A stretch of 64,000 nt of DNA, taken from positions 1,408,001-1,472,000 of the forward strand of contig CAVYSW010000003.1 of assembly GCA_963771275.1 (NCBI GenBank), given 5' to 3'. The notes under the pieces are model-generated. The model had not been told where the DNA came from, made no database searches, and worked only from the letters and a program-made list of their open reading frames with translations. Shown here one piece after another: positions 19,074 to 29,500 of the stretch (within the stretch, counting starts at the first letter, position 1; every line of letters begins with the position of its first letter). Both the position numbers and the translations under genes were made by a program. The DNA is from an uncultured Gemmatimonadales bacterium (GTDB lineage: Bacteria; Gemmatimonadota; Gemmatimonadetes; Gemmatimonadales; GWC2-71-9).

Positions 19074-19586
19074 ATGAGACTTCCGGCGTGCCTACTGATT
19101 GCCGCGCTGCTCGGCGCCTGGAAGACCGCTGCACCCCAAGGGCCGCGAGGGCCCGCGTACCCGCCGTGGGTTCGCGCCGCGGTGCCGAACGTGGGACCAC
19201 AGCTTAACAGCCTGACGCTACTCTATCTGGGACCGCCGGCTCAATCGAGCCGAGCCGGCGGCTGCGCGTTGGCTCAACTCAGTCTCGGCCTGGCGGGGAT
19301 GGTCCTGGGCGGTGGCGGCACCGCCGCTGTGAGTGACGGCGCGGGGCCTCCCCTCGTCGCCGCCGGTGTGGGGGTGGTGGGAGGGCTCATGCTCGGTTCC
19401 TACGCCAGCCGCTGCCATGTCTCGGTGTGGGGTGCGGCAGGCGGGGCCGCGCTCGGAGTGTTGATCGGTGCCACGTTGGGCAAGGCGTTCGCGGAAACTC
19501 GGAGCGAGCGGGACGACTCGAATCTGGCAGCCGCGTACGTGGTAATGCTGCCGCTCGCTTGGTTCGGCGCACAGCTCGGACGCTGA
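19074..19586 (+). CDS. Hypothetical Gly-rich membrane protein
   Basis: Signal-like N-terminus and several Gly/Ala-rich hydrophobic helices. Confidence 0.6.
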   Translation: MRLPACLLIAALLGAWKTAAPQGPRGPAYPPWVRAAVPNVGPQLNSLTLLYLGPPAQSSRAGGCALAQLSLGLAGMVLGGGGTAAVSDGAGPPLVAAGVGVVGGLMLGSYASRCHVSVWGAAGGAALGVLIGATLGKAFAETRSERDDSNLAAAYVVMLPLAWFGAQLGR

Positions 19587-19593
19587 GCCCCGG

Positions 19594-19627
19594 TGCACGC
19601 TGGACGCTGCACGCTGCACGCTGCCCG
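19594..19627. repeat. Heptamer tandem repeat (TGCACGC) x about 4.5
   Basis: tgcacgc tggacgc tgcacgc tgcacgc tgcccg. Confidence 0.8.
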
Positions 19628-19637
19628 TAGCTCCACC

Positions 19638-19690
19638 TTCACCACACGCGCGCCCCCGCCGCGCGCTCCAGCTCGTAGCGGCTCCGCACG
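19638..19690. repeat. 53-bp perfect direct repeat, copy 1 (duplicate of tolC 3' end)
   Basis: ttcaccacacgcgcgcccccgccgcgcgctccagctcgtagcggctccgcacg is identical to 21325-21377. Confidence 0.95.
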
Positions 19691-19691
19691 G

Positions 19692-21329
19692 CTACGGGCG
19701 GTCGCGAGACGGGGCCGCGGGCAGCGCCGCGCGCAGCACGTCGCCGTCGAGCGCGCCGCTCGGCGTCACCCCGATCGCGGCGGCGATGGTCGGCGCCATG
19801 TCCACGACCCGGACCGGATCGGGGTAGCGACCCGGCCGGAACGGCGGACCGTAGAACACCACCGGAACGTGCGTGTCGTAGTCATGGGGCCCGCCGTGCT
19901 GGGCGTCGGCGGCGCGGCCCCACACCCAGTGCGGCTGGAGCGTCACGACGGCCTCGATCGGGAGATCGGGCGGCAGCGCGTGGTACCAGCGGCGCGCGAT
20001 CGCATCGTGGACGGTGTCGGCTCGCGAGAGGTCGGCCAGGCGATCCACGCGGGCGACGCCTGGCACGCGCCGCGCGAGGTCGGCGAACGCCGCGACCAGC
20101 GAGTCCACGTCCACCCCTGCGGCACGCAGCGAAGCCCGGTCCACCCACAGCGTGTTGCTCTCGATCCGAAACGCTCCGGCGGGAACCCCCCGCGCGGCGA
20201 GCCCGTCGCGGATGGTGGTGATCGGTTGCCGCAGGCTCGCGTGGCCGGTGGAGCCGCCCGTGCGGGCGGCGTACAGCTCGGGAAATGGTCCGACGCCATG
20301 GTCCCCGGTGAGCGCGATCACGATGCGCGCCGAATCCCGCAGCCGGTAGAGCGAGTCGATGAAGGCGCCGAGTGCGCGGTCCAGCCGCAGAATCTGATCG
20401 TGGATCTCGCGGGAGTCGGGCCCGTATCGGTGCCCGACCGCGTCGGTGCTCGAGAGCGAGATCGCGAGCAGGTCGGTGGCGGGCCCGTGGCCGAGTCCCA
20501 TCGCCTCGACGCCTGCGAGCGCGAAGTCGAGCGTGATCTGATCCATCCAGGGGTACTGGATCACGTCCCGGGCCGCCCGCGCGGAATCCGCCGCGAGCAC
20601 GTGCGGAAACACGAAGTTCCGCCCGCCGCCTTCGATGGGTACGGAGTCGGGCTCGGGATAGGCGCTGTCGGGTCGCAACAGTGTCCAGGCGCGGCCCGCG
20701 GAGCGCTGCGGCAGGCGGCGGGCGTTGAACGCCCGAACCCAGGCCGGCAGCGTGTCCATGTAATACGTGCTGGTCGTGAACGGCCCATCCGGCTCCGCGT
20801 ACCAGAACACGGCGGCGCGCGCCCGGCCGAGCGGCAGGATCGCCGCGCGGTCCTTGCGCGACACCGAGAGCGCGCGGGCCGCGGGGTGATGGGCCCGGAT
20901 CCAGTCGATCAGAGTCGTGCCGCGAAACCGCCACGGGGACGCGCCCGGGCCCTGCGCTCCGAGCAGTGGGGCGGCGGAGTCGGGCACGCCACGCTCGTTC
21001 GACACGATGCCGGTGTGACGCGGGAAGCGACCGGAGAGCACCGTGGCGTGGCCCACCGCGGTCTCCGTGTTCGCGTAGTCGAGATCGCCGTCCGTGAACC
21101 ACGCGCCGCCCCGGATCAGACGCCCCAGCCCGCCCGTGAGCTGCGGCGCGAAGCGCGGCAGGTAGTCGGCCCGCATCTGGTCCACCGTGACGAACACGAC
21201 GAGCGTGGTCGGGGTCGGCGGAGACGGGAGCGGCACGGGCGCAGCCCCCGCGACGAGAGCCCCCGCGAGGAGCGGGGCGAATCTCAGCTGACGGCGGATC
21301 GCGCCGGTCGCCACCGTCGCCGCGTTCAC
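19692..21329 (-). CDS. PafA-type alkaline phosphatase family protein
   Basis: VDQMRAD, TETAVGHAT (Thr nucleophile), SRKDRAA, DAVGHRYGP, TGDHG, QHG..YDTHVP; GTG start overlaps the tolC stop. Confidence 0.92.
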   Translation of the reverse strand: MNAATVATGAIRRQLRFAPLLAGALVAGAAPVPLPSPPTPTTLVVFVTVDQMRADYLPRFAPQLTGGLGRLIRGGAWFTDGDLDYANTETAVGHATVLSGRFPRHTGIVSNERGVPDSAAPLLGAQGPGASPWRFRGTTLIDWIRAHHPAARALSVSRKDRAAILPLGRARAAVFWYAEPDGPFTTSTYYMDTLPAWVRAFNARRLPQRSAGRAWTLLRPDSAYPEPDSVPIEGGGRNFVFPHVLAADSARAARDVIQYPWMDQITLDFALAGVEAMGLGHGPATDLLAISLSSTDAVGHRYGPDSREIHDQILRLDRALGAFIDSLYRLRDSARIVIALTGDHGVGPFPELYAARTGGSTGHASLRQPITTIRDGLAARGVPAGAFRIESNTLWVDRASLRAAGVDVDSLVAAFADLARRVPGVARVDRLADLSRADTVHDAIARRWYHALPPDLPIEAVVTLQPHWVWGRAADAQHGGPHDYDTHVPVVFYGPPFRPGRYPDPVRVVDMAPTIAAAIGVTPSGALDGDVLRAALPAAPSRDRP

Positions 21330-21377
21330 CACACGCGCGCCCCCGCCGCGCGCTCCAGCTCGTAGCGGCTCCGCACG
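21325..21377. repeat. 53-bp perfect direct repeat, copy 2 (tolC 3' end)
   Basis: Identical to 19638-19690. Confidence 0.95.
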
Positions 21378-22636
21378 ACATCGTACTGCGCGCGCAGCCG
21401 CATCAGCCGCGCCTCCTGGAGCGACGTCTGCGCGTCGAGCACATCGAGGTTGGTGATGACGCCGGCCTCGTAGCGCACGTCCGCCATGGAAACTGCCGCC
21501 TCCGCCTGCCGCACCTGGAGGTCGGACGTCGCCAGCTTCTGCACACCAGCCTGCACGTCCGCGATGGCCTGCCGCACCTCCGTGGCGATGCGCCGCTCGA
21601 CGTCGCGCGTGTGGTCCTGCGCGGCCGCGGCCGCCGCCTGCGTCTCCGCCACCTGATTCCGGGTGCGGAACCCGTTGAACACCGGGACCCGAACTTGCAC
21701 GCCGGCGTCCCAGTTGCCCTTGATGGTGTTCAGGTTGGGGACGTAGCCGTTCTTGAAGCCGGCCATCACGCCGAGAGCGAGCGACGGCCGGTCACCCAGC
21801 GAGGCGAGCCGGGTCTGGATCGCGGCCGACGCTTCGCCGTCGCGCGAGACCTTGAGCTCGGGCCGCTGCGTCAGGCCGAGTGCCACGAGCGAGTCCACAT
21901 CGAGGGCCGCGGGAGCGTCGACGAACGTGCCCTTGAGGTTGAGTTGCTGGTCGGGCGGGAGGCCCATCAGCCCGCGCAGGCGCACGGTCTGGCGCTCCAG
22001 CGCGTTGGCGAGGTCGATCCGCCGGCTCTGCGCCGTCGCCACTCGCACCTCCGTGGTCAGCACCTCGAAGTCGGTGGCGCTCCCGGTGAGGAGCTTCTCG
22101 CGGGTCACCGCGAGGTGGCGTTCGAGCGCGGCGATCTGGTCGTCCTGCACGTCCAGGCTCCGTTCCAGGAAGATGATCGCGTAGAACGTGTCGATGGCCT
22201 CGAAGGCGAGCCCCGCCTGGACGATCTCCACGGTGTGATCGGCCGCCTGCTCGAGCGACTGCGCGTAGTCCACCGCGGTCGAGCGGCGCCCGAAATCGAA
22301 CACCGTGTGGCGCAGCGACAGGTGGGCGTCGTAGTTGTTGGCCGGGTACAGGTCGAACGGTCCCAGGCCCTGCAGGTCGATGCTCGCGACCGGCTCGAGT
22401 CGCGCGTACGAGCCGTCCGCCTCGATCTCCGGGTAGTAGGCGCTCCGGCTGCCGAGCACGCGCGCCTGCGACGCGCGCACGCCCTGCGCCGCCTGCTGGA
22501 CCGCGGGGTGGGTTTCGATCACCCGCCGGATCACGGCGTCCAGCGAGAGCGAGTCGGCCCCCTGCGGCTGTGACGCCGGGGAGGAGGCGGACAGGGCCGA
22601 CAGGAAGATCAGAGAGGCGAAGGACATGACATTCAT
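21326..22636 (-). CDS. TolC family outer-membrane efflux protein
   Basis: Signal peptide, YYPEI, VPVFNG, RYEAGVITNLDVLDAQ OEP motifs. Confidence 0.93.
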   Translation of the reverse strand: MNVMSFASLIFLSALSASSPASQPQGADSLSLDAVIRRVIETHPAVQQAAQGVRASQARVLGSRSAYYPEIEADGSYARLEPVASIDLQGLGPFDLYPANNYDAHLSLRHTVFDFGRRSTAVDYAQSLEQAADHTVEIVQAGLAFEAIDTFYAIIFLERSLDVQDDQIAALERHLAVTREKLLTGSATDFEVLTTEVRVATAQSRRIDLANALERQTVRLRGLMGLPPDQQLNLKGTFVDAPAALDVDSLVALGLTQRPELKVSRDGEASAAIQTRLASLGDRPSLALGVMAGFKNGYVPNLNTIKGNWDAGVQVRVPVFNGFRTRNQVAETQAAAAAAQDHTRDVERRIATEVRQAIADVQAGVQKLATSDLQVRQAEAAVSMADVRYEAGVITNLDVLDAQTSLQEARLMRLRAQYDVVRSRYELERAAGARVW

Positions 22637-22665
22637 GAGGGCTCACCGAATGCGATCAACGTGGG

Positions 22666-24282
22666 TTACTCGATGGCGGCCGGGGCAGCGGCCCCGCGCC
22701 GGTGGTGGGGACGCAAGAGCAAGGCGGGGACGAGGGCGACGATGAGAATGCCGGCCGCGAGCAGGAATACGTCGGCGATCGCCTGCACGAATGCCTGGCT
22801 CTCGGTAAGCCCCGCCACGAGGGCCTGCGCCTTGGCGGCCGCGGCGGACGCCGTGCCCCCGGTGACCCGCTGGGCGAAGTAGCCCAACCGGGTGACCGTC
22901 TCGCGGAAGGCGTCCGAGTGCGGGTCCAGCTGCTGGCCGTACAGGGCCGCGTGGAAGATGGTGCGCCGCGTGAGGATCATCCCGAAGATCGCCACCCCGA
23001 AGCTGCCGCCGATCTGCCGGATCACGTTCACCAGCCCCGACGCCTGGGCCATCTGGCGATTGGAAATCTCCGAGATCGCGACGGTGGTGAGCGGTGAGAA
23101 CAGCAGGCCCATCGCCACGCCGCGGATGTACAGCGGCATCATGATGGCGGCCTTCTCGGTGAACAGCGAGATGTCGCTGAACCGGTAGAGGCTCAGGGCC
23201 ATCAGAGCCAGCCCCAGGGCGATCGGCACGCGCGCGTCGTACCGGTCGGCGAACATGCCGGCGAACGGGGCGGTGATGCCCAGCAACAACCCCATGGGCA
23301 GGAAGACGAGGCCGGCCTGAAACGGCGTGTAGCCGAGCGAGTCCTGCAGATAAATGGGTAGCAGGAACGTGCTGCCGAACATCCCCAGTCCGAAGATGAA
23401 CAGCACCACGTTGCTGAGTGCGAAATCGAAGTTGCGAAAGAGCGTCATCTGGATCAGCGGGTGACGCACGTTGGCTTCGGCCACGAGGAAGATCACCAGG
23501 CCGGCGAACGCCACGATGAAGCATGTGACGATGAAGCGCGACGTCCAGCCGCCGGTGTTCCACGCGGAGTTGCCGCTGGCCAGGGCGAGGAGCAGCGCCG
23601 TGAGGAACGCGGTGAGTGAAACGAACCCGAGCAAATCGAAGCGGCCGATGTCGGGCACCTTGCGATCCCGCAGAATGACCGCGCCCGCGAAAACGCCCAT
23701 CGCCCCAACCGGGACGTTCACGTCGAAGATCGTGTGCCAGGCGTAGTGGTCGATCAGGTAGCCGCCGACGGTGGGGCCGAGCGAGACCGACGCGGATGCC
23801 GCCACCGACCAGAAGCCGAGCGCGATGCCACGCTTCTCCGGCGGGAACTCGCGCGTGATGATCGCCATGCCGACGGGCATGAGCAGCCCCGCGCCCGCGC
23901 CCTGGAGAATCCGGAACGCGATCAGGGCGTCGATGCTCCACGAGAGGCTGCACAGGAACGAGCCAACGGTGAAGAGGGACAGCCCCATGAGGAACATCGT
24001 CTTGGAGCCCCACCGGTCCGCCAGCCAGCCGGAGGTCGGCAGGATCACGCCGAACACCAGCAGGTAGGCCGTGAGAATCCACTCCACGCGATCGACCGAG
24101 ACCCCGAAGGCCGCCATCATCTTCGGCAGCGCCACGTTGACGATCGTGGAGTCGAGCACGGCCATGAACGTGCCGATCATCACGGCGGCGAGGACCAGCC
24201 AGCGGTAAGTCGGGTGCTGGGGGTTCAGGGCGGGGAACTGCTCGACGAGCCGCTGCCGGGCAGCGGTCCACGGGCGCGGCAT
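22666..24282 (-). CDS. emrB: DHA2 MFS efflux permease (EmrB-like)
   Basis: FMAVLDSTIVNVALP, GWLADRWG, FRILQGAG, RQIGGSFG. Confidence 0.93.
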   Translation of the reverse strand: MPRPWTAARQRLVEQFPALNPQHPTYRWLVLAAVMIGTFMAVLDSTIVNVALPKMMAAFGVSVDRVEWILTAYLLVFGVILPTSGWLADRWGSKTMFLMGLSLFTVGSFLCSLSWSIDALIAFRILQGAGAGLLMPVGMAIITREFPPEKRGIALGFWSVAASASVSLGPTVGGYLIDHYAWHTIFDVNVPVGAMGVFAGAVILRDRKVPDIGRFDLLGFVSLTAFLTALLLALASGNSAWNTGGWTSRFIVTCFIVAFAGLVIFLVAEANVRHPLIQMTLFRNFDFALSNVVLFIFGLGMFGSTFLLPIYLQDSLGYTPFQAGLVFLPMGLLLGITAPFAGMFADRYDARVPIALGLALMALSLYRFSDISLFTEKAAIMMPLYIRGVAMGLLFSPLTTVAISEISNRQMAQASGLVNVIRQIGGSFGVAIFGMILTRRTIFHAALYGQQLDPHSDAFRETVTRLGYFAQRVTGGTASAAAAKAQALVAGLTESQAFVQAIADVFLLAAGILIVALVPALLLRPHHRRGAAAPAAIE

Positions 24283-25293
24283 TTACCGCTCCTGCCCCCT
24301 GATGCTCACCTCCACCGACAGCCCCGGAACGAGCATCACCGGATCTCCCGTCCCCGGACCCGGACGTTCGATCGCGATCCGGACGGGCACCCGCTGGGTG
24401 ACCTTGGTGAAATTGCCCGATGCGTTGTCCGGCGGGATCAGGGAGAACTGCGAAGCGGCGGCCGAGCCGATCCACAACACGGTGCCCACGAGCGCGCGGC
24501 CGGGGTAGGCGTCCACCGCGATTGCCACCCGGTCGCCGGCGTGAATCCGGCCGATCTTGGTCTCCTCGAAGTTCGCGGTGACCCAGAGGTCGGCGAGGTC
24601 GTAGAGCGCGAAGATCGGCTGCCCCGGCTGCACCACGTCACCCGGCAGCACCCAGCGCCGCGCCACGACCCCGGTGAGCGGCGCGGTGATCCGCGTGTTG
24701 GTGAGCTGCGTCTCGATGACCTGGAGCTGCGCCCGCGCCGTCTGCACCTGCGCCAACGCGATGCGCTGGCGCGCCTCGGCCATGTCGAGCGCCGTCTTCG
24801 CGTGATCGTACTGCTCCTGGGGGATCACCTTGCCACGGAGCTGCGTGGCCGCGCGCTCGAAGTCGTCGCGCGCGCGCTGCCCCTCGACCGCGGACAGCTG
24901 CACGTTCTCCCGCGCGAGCGCGAGGCCCGACTGGGCCTGGACCTCCTGGGCGCGCAGATCCGCGTCGTCGAGCCGAACCAGCAGCTGGCCCTCCTGCACC
25001 GTGTCCCCTTCGTCCGTCCCCAGCTCCACGATGCGGCCCAGTATCTTGGTGGCGACGGAAACGCGGTCGCCGTCGATGTAGGCGTCGTCCGTCGCGATCA
25101 CGCCCCGGACCCTGACGTACCAGTAGGCCGCGCCCGCAATGCCGAGGACCACGAGGAGGAGGAGTGGGAACACCACGCTGCGACGGTGGTGCAGGGGACC
25201 GCGGTCCCGCGGTGCGTCAGGTGGAGCCTGCTGTGAGACCAGAGGCGGGGACCCCGGTTGCCGGGCCCCAGCCGACGTTGGCCGATCTTCCAT
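24283..25293 (-). CDS. emrA: HlyD/EmrA membrane fusion protein
   Basis: TDDAYI, WVTANFEET, FSLIPPDNASGNFTKVTQRVPVRI. Confidence 0.93.
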   Translation of the reverse strand: MEDRPTSAGARQPGSPPLVSQQAPPDAPRDRGPLHHRRSVVFPLLLLVVLGIAGAAYWYVRVRGVIATDDAYIDGDRVSVATKILGRIVELGTDEGDTVQEGQLLVRLDDADLRAQEVQAQSGLALARENVQLSAVEGQRARDDFERAATQLRGKVIPQEQYDHAKTALDMAEARQRIALAQVQTARAQLQVIETQLTNTRITAPLTGVVARRWVLPGDVVQPGQPIFALYDLADLWVTANFEETKIGRIHAGDRVAIAVDAYPGRALVGTVLWIGSAAASQFSLIPPDNASGNFTKVTQRVPVRIAIERPGPGTGDPVMLVPGLSVEVSIRGQER

Positions 25294-25509
25294 GTATGAC
25301 TGCGGCTTCCTGGGCGGGAACCAGTGTGGGGTCCCGCCCCTGCGATGTCCGGAACACATGGCGCCAGCTTGGCTGACGCCTTGAACTGTACCCCTCCGGT
25401 CGGGAATCGGGTAAGGGGGAGGAGCGCTCGACCTGGTCACGCGTCGACGCCGGTAGCGGCAACCCGCCCCGGCTGCCATGTTAGCCGCGGCTTCCCATGA
25501 GGGGCGAAC

Positions 25510-26160
25510 ATGCGGGCGCTACGTGTCGCGACGATCGGTCTCGCGGTCGCAGCTCTGAGCGGGACACCTACGCTGGCCGCCCAGGTGCGGCTGGGGTTCT
25601 ACGGTGGCCTCGCCCGGTCCACGTTTGGCGGGCCGGACCTCGCGCAGGGCTGGCACGGCCGGAATGGTGGTGTTGGGGGGGGCTTCATCACGCTCCCGCT
25701 GCTCGGTCGGGTGCTGAGCGTGCGGCCCGGTGTCGCGTGGGTCAGCAAAGGCGGGGAGACGGTGGTCCAGGACGTGACCGCGCAGCTGGTGATCGAGTAC
25801 TTCCAGATTGCGGCGCTCGCCCAGGTCACCCTCCCATCGAGCCTGTGGATCGAGGCCCACGGACTGGTGGGTCCGGTCGTGGGGTTCGTGATGAAGTGCG
25901 AGTTCGTGGCCTGGAATCAGTTCCAGAGAGGGTCGGCGGCATGCAGCAGCCCGCTGTTCCAGGGAGCCTTCCCGACCAAGTCGAGTGATGTGGGGCTGCT
26001 GCTGGGCGCCGGCGCCACGCTGGCACCACGCAGCCGGCTGAGCTTCCTGGCGGAGGTGGCGTATGAGCTGGGGCTCGCCAGCATCGTCGCGGCGAGCGAT
26101 CCGGCGGACATCAAGAACCGCTCGCTCGGCATCCGGGCTGGTCTGATGTTCTCGCTGTGA
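25510..26160 (+). CDS. Outer-membrane beta-barrel (porin family) protein
   Basis: Signal peptide, KGG motif, alternating strands, C-terminal GLMFSL. Confidence 0.75.
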   Translation: MRALRVATIGLAVAALSGTPTLAAQVRLGFYGGLARSTFGGPDLAQGWHGRNGGVGGGFITLPLLGRVLSVRPGVAWVSKGGETVVQDVTAQLVIEYFQIAALAQVTLPSSLWIEAHGLVGPVVGFVMKCEFVAWNQFQRGSAACSSPLFQGAFPTKSSDVGLLLGAGATLAPRSRLSFLAEVAYELGLASIVAASDPADIKNRSLGIRAGLMFSL

Positions 26161-26218
26161 GGGGGCGGCCCGCGCGACGCTGCCGGACCGCGCGCGTGCG
26201 ATGCGGCTACCGGGAGGA

Positions 26219-26590
26219 CTATCGCTCGATCGACACCTGGTAGGAGCCCGTGGGGCGCTGCTCGTACGTCGTCACGTGCGCCGCCTGCTCCACGGTGCCG
26301 GTGTACGACGCGACGGCGCCGACGTCGGGTACCCAGATCTCGGCCATCACGCCGGCGACCGGCGCGCCGGCGACGAGCACCCGCCACGTCGCTCCCCGCT
26401 CTGCGGAGTAGCAGTCGGGGAACGCCGACCGCACCGAGTCGATCGGCCCGCCGGTCACGGTGAAGATCACGCCGCCGTCATCCGCGTTGGGGGAGACGAG
26501 CCGGACCAGCAGCCATCCCGGCCGCGGCCCGTCGCACGTGCCGAGCACGACGACCAGCGCGGCGAGCCCGAGCGCGCGGAGCGCCTTCAT
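26219..26590 (-). CDS. Small hypothetical lipoprotein
   Basis: MKALRALGLAALVVVLGTC lipobox-like start, coupled to the upstream gene. Confidence 0.7.
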   Translation of the reverse strand: MKALRALGLAALVVVLGTCDGPRPGWLLVRLVSPNADDGGVIFTVTGGPIDSVRSAFPDCYSAERGATWRVLVAGAPVAGVMAEIWVPDVGAVASYTGTVEQAAHVTTYEQRPTGSYQVSIER

Positions 26591-29500
26591 CGCCGACCCC
26601 GCGCGGCCGGGGCGTCCGCGGTGCGTGCGAGCAGCGCCACGAAGTCGCCGAGATTGAAAGTGCCGTCCCGGTTCCCGACGAGATCGAGGTAGCGACGGCC
26701 GGTGTCGTCGAGGCATGGGGTCCCCAGCAGCTCCTGCGCGGCACACGCCGCCGTGATGGCGGGTGCGGTGACCAGGAACGCGATGCCGACCCGGGGCGTG
26801 TCGCCGCGCGAGGTCCGCACCACGATCGTGTCCGCGTAGCTGCCGGGCTGGAGGTCGCTCGGATCGAGGGACCAGCGCACCGTGCCGCTCCCGGTCCCGC
26901 TTGCCGTGGCGAGGGTGATCCACGGTGCGCCGCGGGCGACGGTGACGGTCCAGCTCGTGGTGTCGGCCCCCGTCCCCACGATGGAGAGCGCCGCTGAATC
27001 GGCGATCTGGGCCACGCTCCCCGCGGTCGCGCTGTCGCTCCGGTTGCCCGGCGCGAGCGTGACCGTGACAGTCGTGGGGGGCGACTGCACGATCAGCGTG
27101 TCGCGTACGCTCCACGGGCTGTCGATCGCGCCCGGAACCGCCACCCGGATCGTGTCGACGTAGGTGCCGGGGGCGAGGCCCGTGGGGTTGCGGGTCCAGC
27201 GCAGCCGGGTGGTGCCGGTCCCGCTGCTCGTCGTCAACGCGATCCAGCTCGCCGCGCCGTGCGTGGCGCTCCACCCTGTGGTGCTGGCGTTGGTGCCGCT
27301 CAGGATCACCATGGCGGAGTCGGCGTGGAGGCCCGTGTCTCCGGTCGACGCCGAGTCCCGTCGCGCACCTGGCGACACGGCCAGGGTGAGCGGCCGCACG
27401 AGGTCGAGCGCGAACATGCCGCGGCCGTGCGTCCCGGCGAGCAGCACCCCCGTGTTGGCGTTGTACGCCAAGTCGTAGACCGCCACGTTGGGAAGCCCGT
27501 CCGTGAGCGGCGTCCAGGTGCCGCCGCTGTCGCCCGACGCGAACACGCCGAGGTCGGTTCCCACCAGCACCACCGCCCGCGAGGTCGGATCCGGCACGAC
27601 GGCGTTCACTGGGGCGTCGGGAAGGTTACCCGAGCGGTTCTGGAAGGTCACCCCGCCGTCGGTGGTGCGGAACACGTGCGCGGTGAGGAACCCCGACACG
27701 GTGACCCAGGCGGTCTGGGGGTCACGCGGGTCCACCGCGATGTCCTGGACGTAACGGGAGCTGGCCATCGGCAGGGTACGCTGACTCCAGTCCTGGCCGC
27801 CGTTCGCCGTGCTCCAGACCCGGCCGTCGCTCGTCCCCACGTAGAGGACCGCCGGATTAGCTGCCGCGGGGGCGATGGCGGAAATCGATCCCCCGCCCGT
27901 GAGATCGCCGCTGATCGGCGTCCACGTGTCCGCGCGATCGGTGGTGCGGTACACCCGGTACGTGCCGAAGTACAGCGTTCGGGAGTCCGCCGGGTCCATG
28001 ACGAGGGGCGGAATGAACTGCGCGCGGTCCGCGCTGTTGATCCCGTTCAGCTTGAGGAAGTAGCCGACGCCGTCGGACCGACGCGGTCCCGAATAGCCGC
28101 TGTTCGCCTGCCACTGCGTCTCGGCGTATCGCGTCGCCGGGTTTTGTGCGTCGATCGCCGTGTAGCCGCCGTCTCCGCCCAGCACTGCCGACCACACGGG
28201 GTCGAAGGCCCACGCCACCGTGCCGTTGTCCTGGGTGCCGCCCATGGCCTGGCTGGGATCGAACGGATGGAGCGAGATGCCCTCGTAGAACTGCGTGAGC
28301 ACCAGGTTGGTGTTGAGGCTGGTCCACGAGGAGCCGCCGTTGGTGGAGCGGAACACCCCGCCGTCGTTCCCGACGTACACCGTGAGCGGGTCCACCGGGT
28401 CGAACGCGATGTGGTGCTGGTCCACGTGGATCCCGCTGAGGATGTTCGCGAACGACGCGCCGCCGTCGGTCGACTTGTAGAGACTCACCCCTCCGAAGTA
28501 GACGGTGTTCGCGTCGTCGGCGGGGACGGCGATGATCTGGTCGTACCAGCACTGGGTGCCGCACGAGGCGCCCGTCGCCGCGAGTTTCGACCACGACGCG
28601 GCGGCGTCCACGGTGCGCCAGATCCCCGCGAGATCGCCGCCGCTGGCATTCTCGACACTGGCGTAGACCGTCGTGGGAACGGACGGCGCGATCGCGAGAT
28701 TGATCCGCCTGATCGAGGTCGAGAACCCGTTGTTGGCGGCCAACCAGGACGCGCCGCCGTCCACGCTCTTGTAGATCCCCACGCCCCGGACGGCGGCGTA
28801 CAGCGTGTCCGGACCCGTCGGGTGCATCACGAGGTCCGTTGCGGTCCCGCTCAGCACCTGCGTGAACGACGCCCCGCCGTTCTGGGAGCGATACAGCCCG
28901 AAATCGCTCGCCACGAGGAGCTGGGTGGTGGCAACCGTCCCCGCCGTGCGGGGGTCGATCACGAGGCGCGAGATCTTGGCCCCGCCGGATGCCGTCTGGA
29001 AGATCGCGCCGCCGAGCTGCGTCCAGCTGGTCCCGCCGTCGGTCGACCGCAGCACGCCGCATCCGTAGTAGCTGTCGCCCGAGAAGTGCTGCTCGCCGGT
29101 TCCCGCATAGACGATCTGCGGGTTCACCGGGTCGATCGCCAGCGCGCCCATCGCGAGGGAGCACTCGCGGTCGGTGAGCGGCGTCCAGCTCGCGCCGCCG
29201 TTCGTGGTCTTCCAGACGCCGCCCTGGGCGCCGCCGATGTAGATCGTGTTGCGATCGGTCGGGTGAACGGCGATGGCGGTGAGTCGGCCGATCGACCCCT
29301 GGCTGATCGGGATCCCCTCGGGCCCGATCGACCGCCACTGTGTGCCGGAGATGGGAGGCGGCGCGGCCTGGAGGAAGGCCCGCATCGACGCCGCCTGGAG
29401 CTGGGCCCGCGCGAGCGCGCCGGCCGGAATCCGCGCGAAGGGAAACGCCCGTTTCTGGTAGAAGAATTCCCACCGGAGCCGGGGGGAATCCCCGACCTCG

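Noticed and set aside
19594..19627. CRISPR-like repeat
   Set aside because: A simple 7-bp tandem repeat with no spacers; no cas genes.
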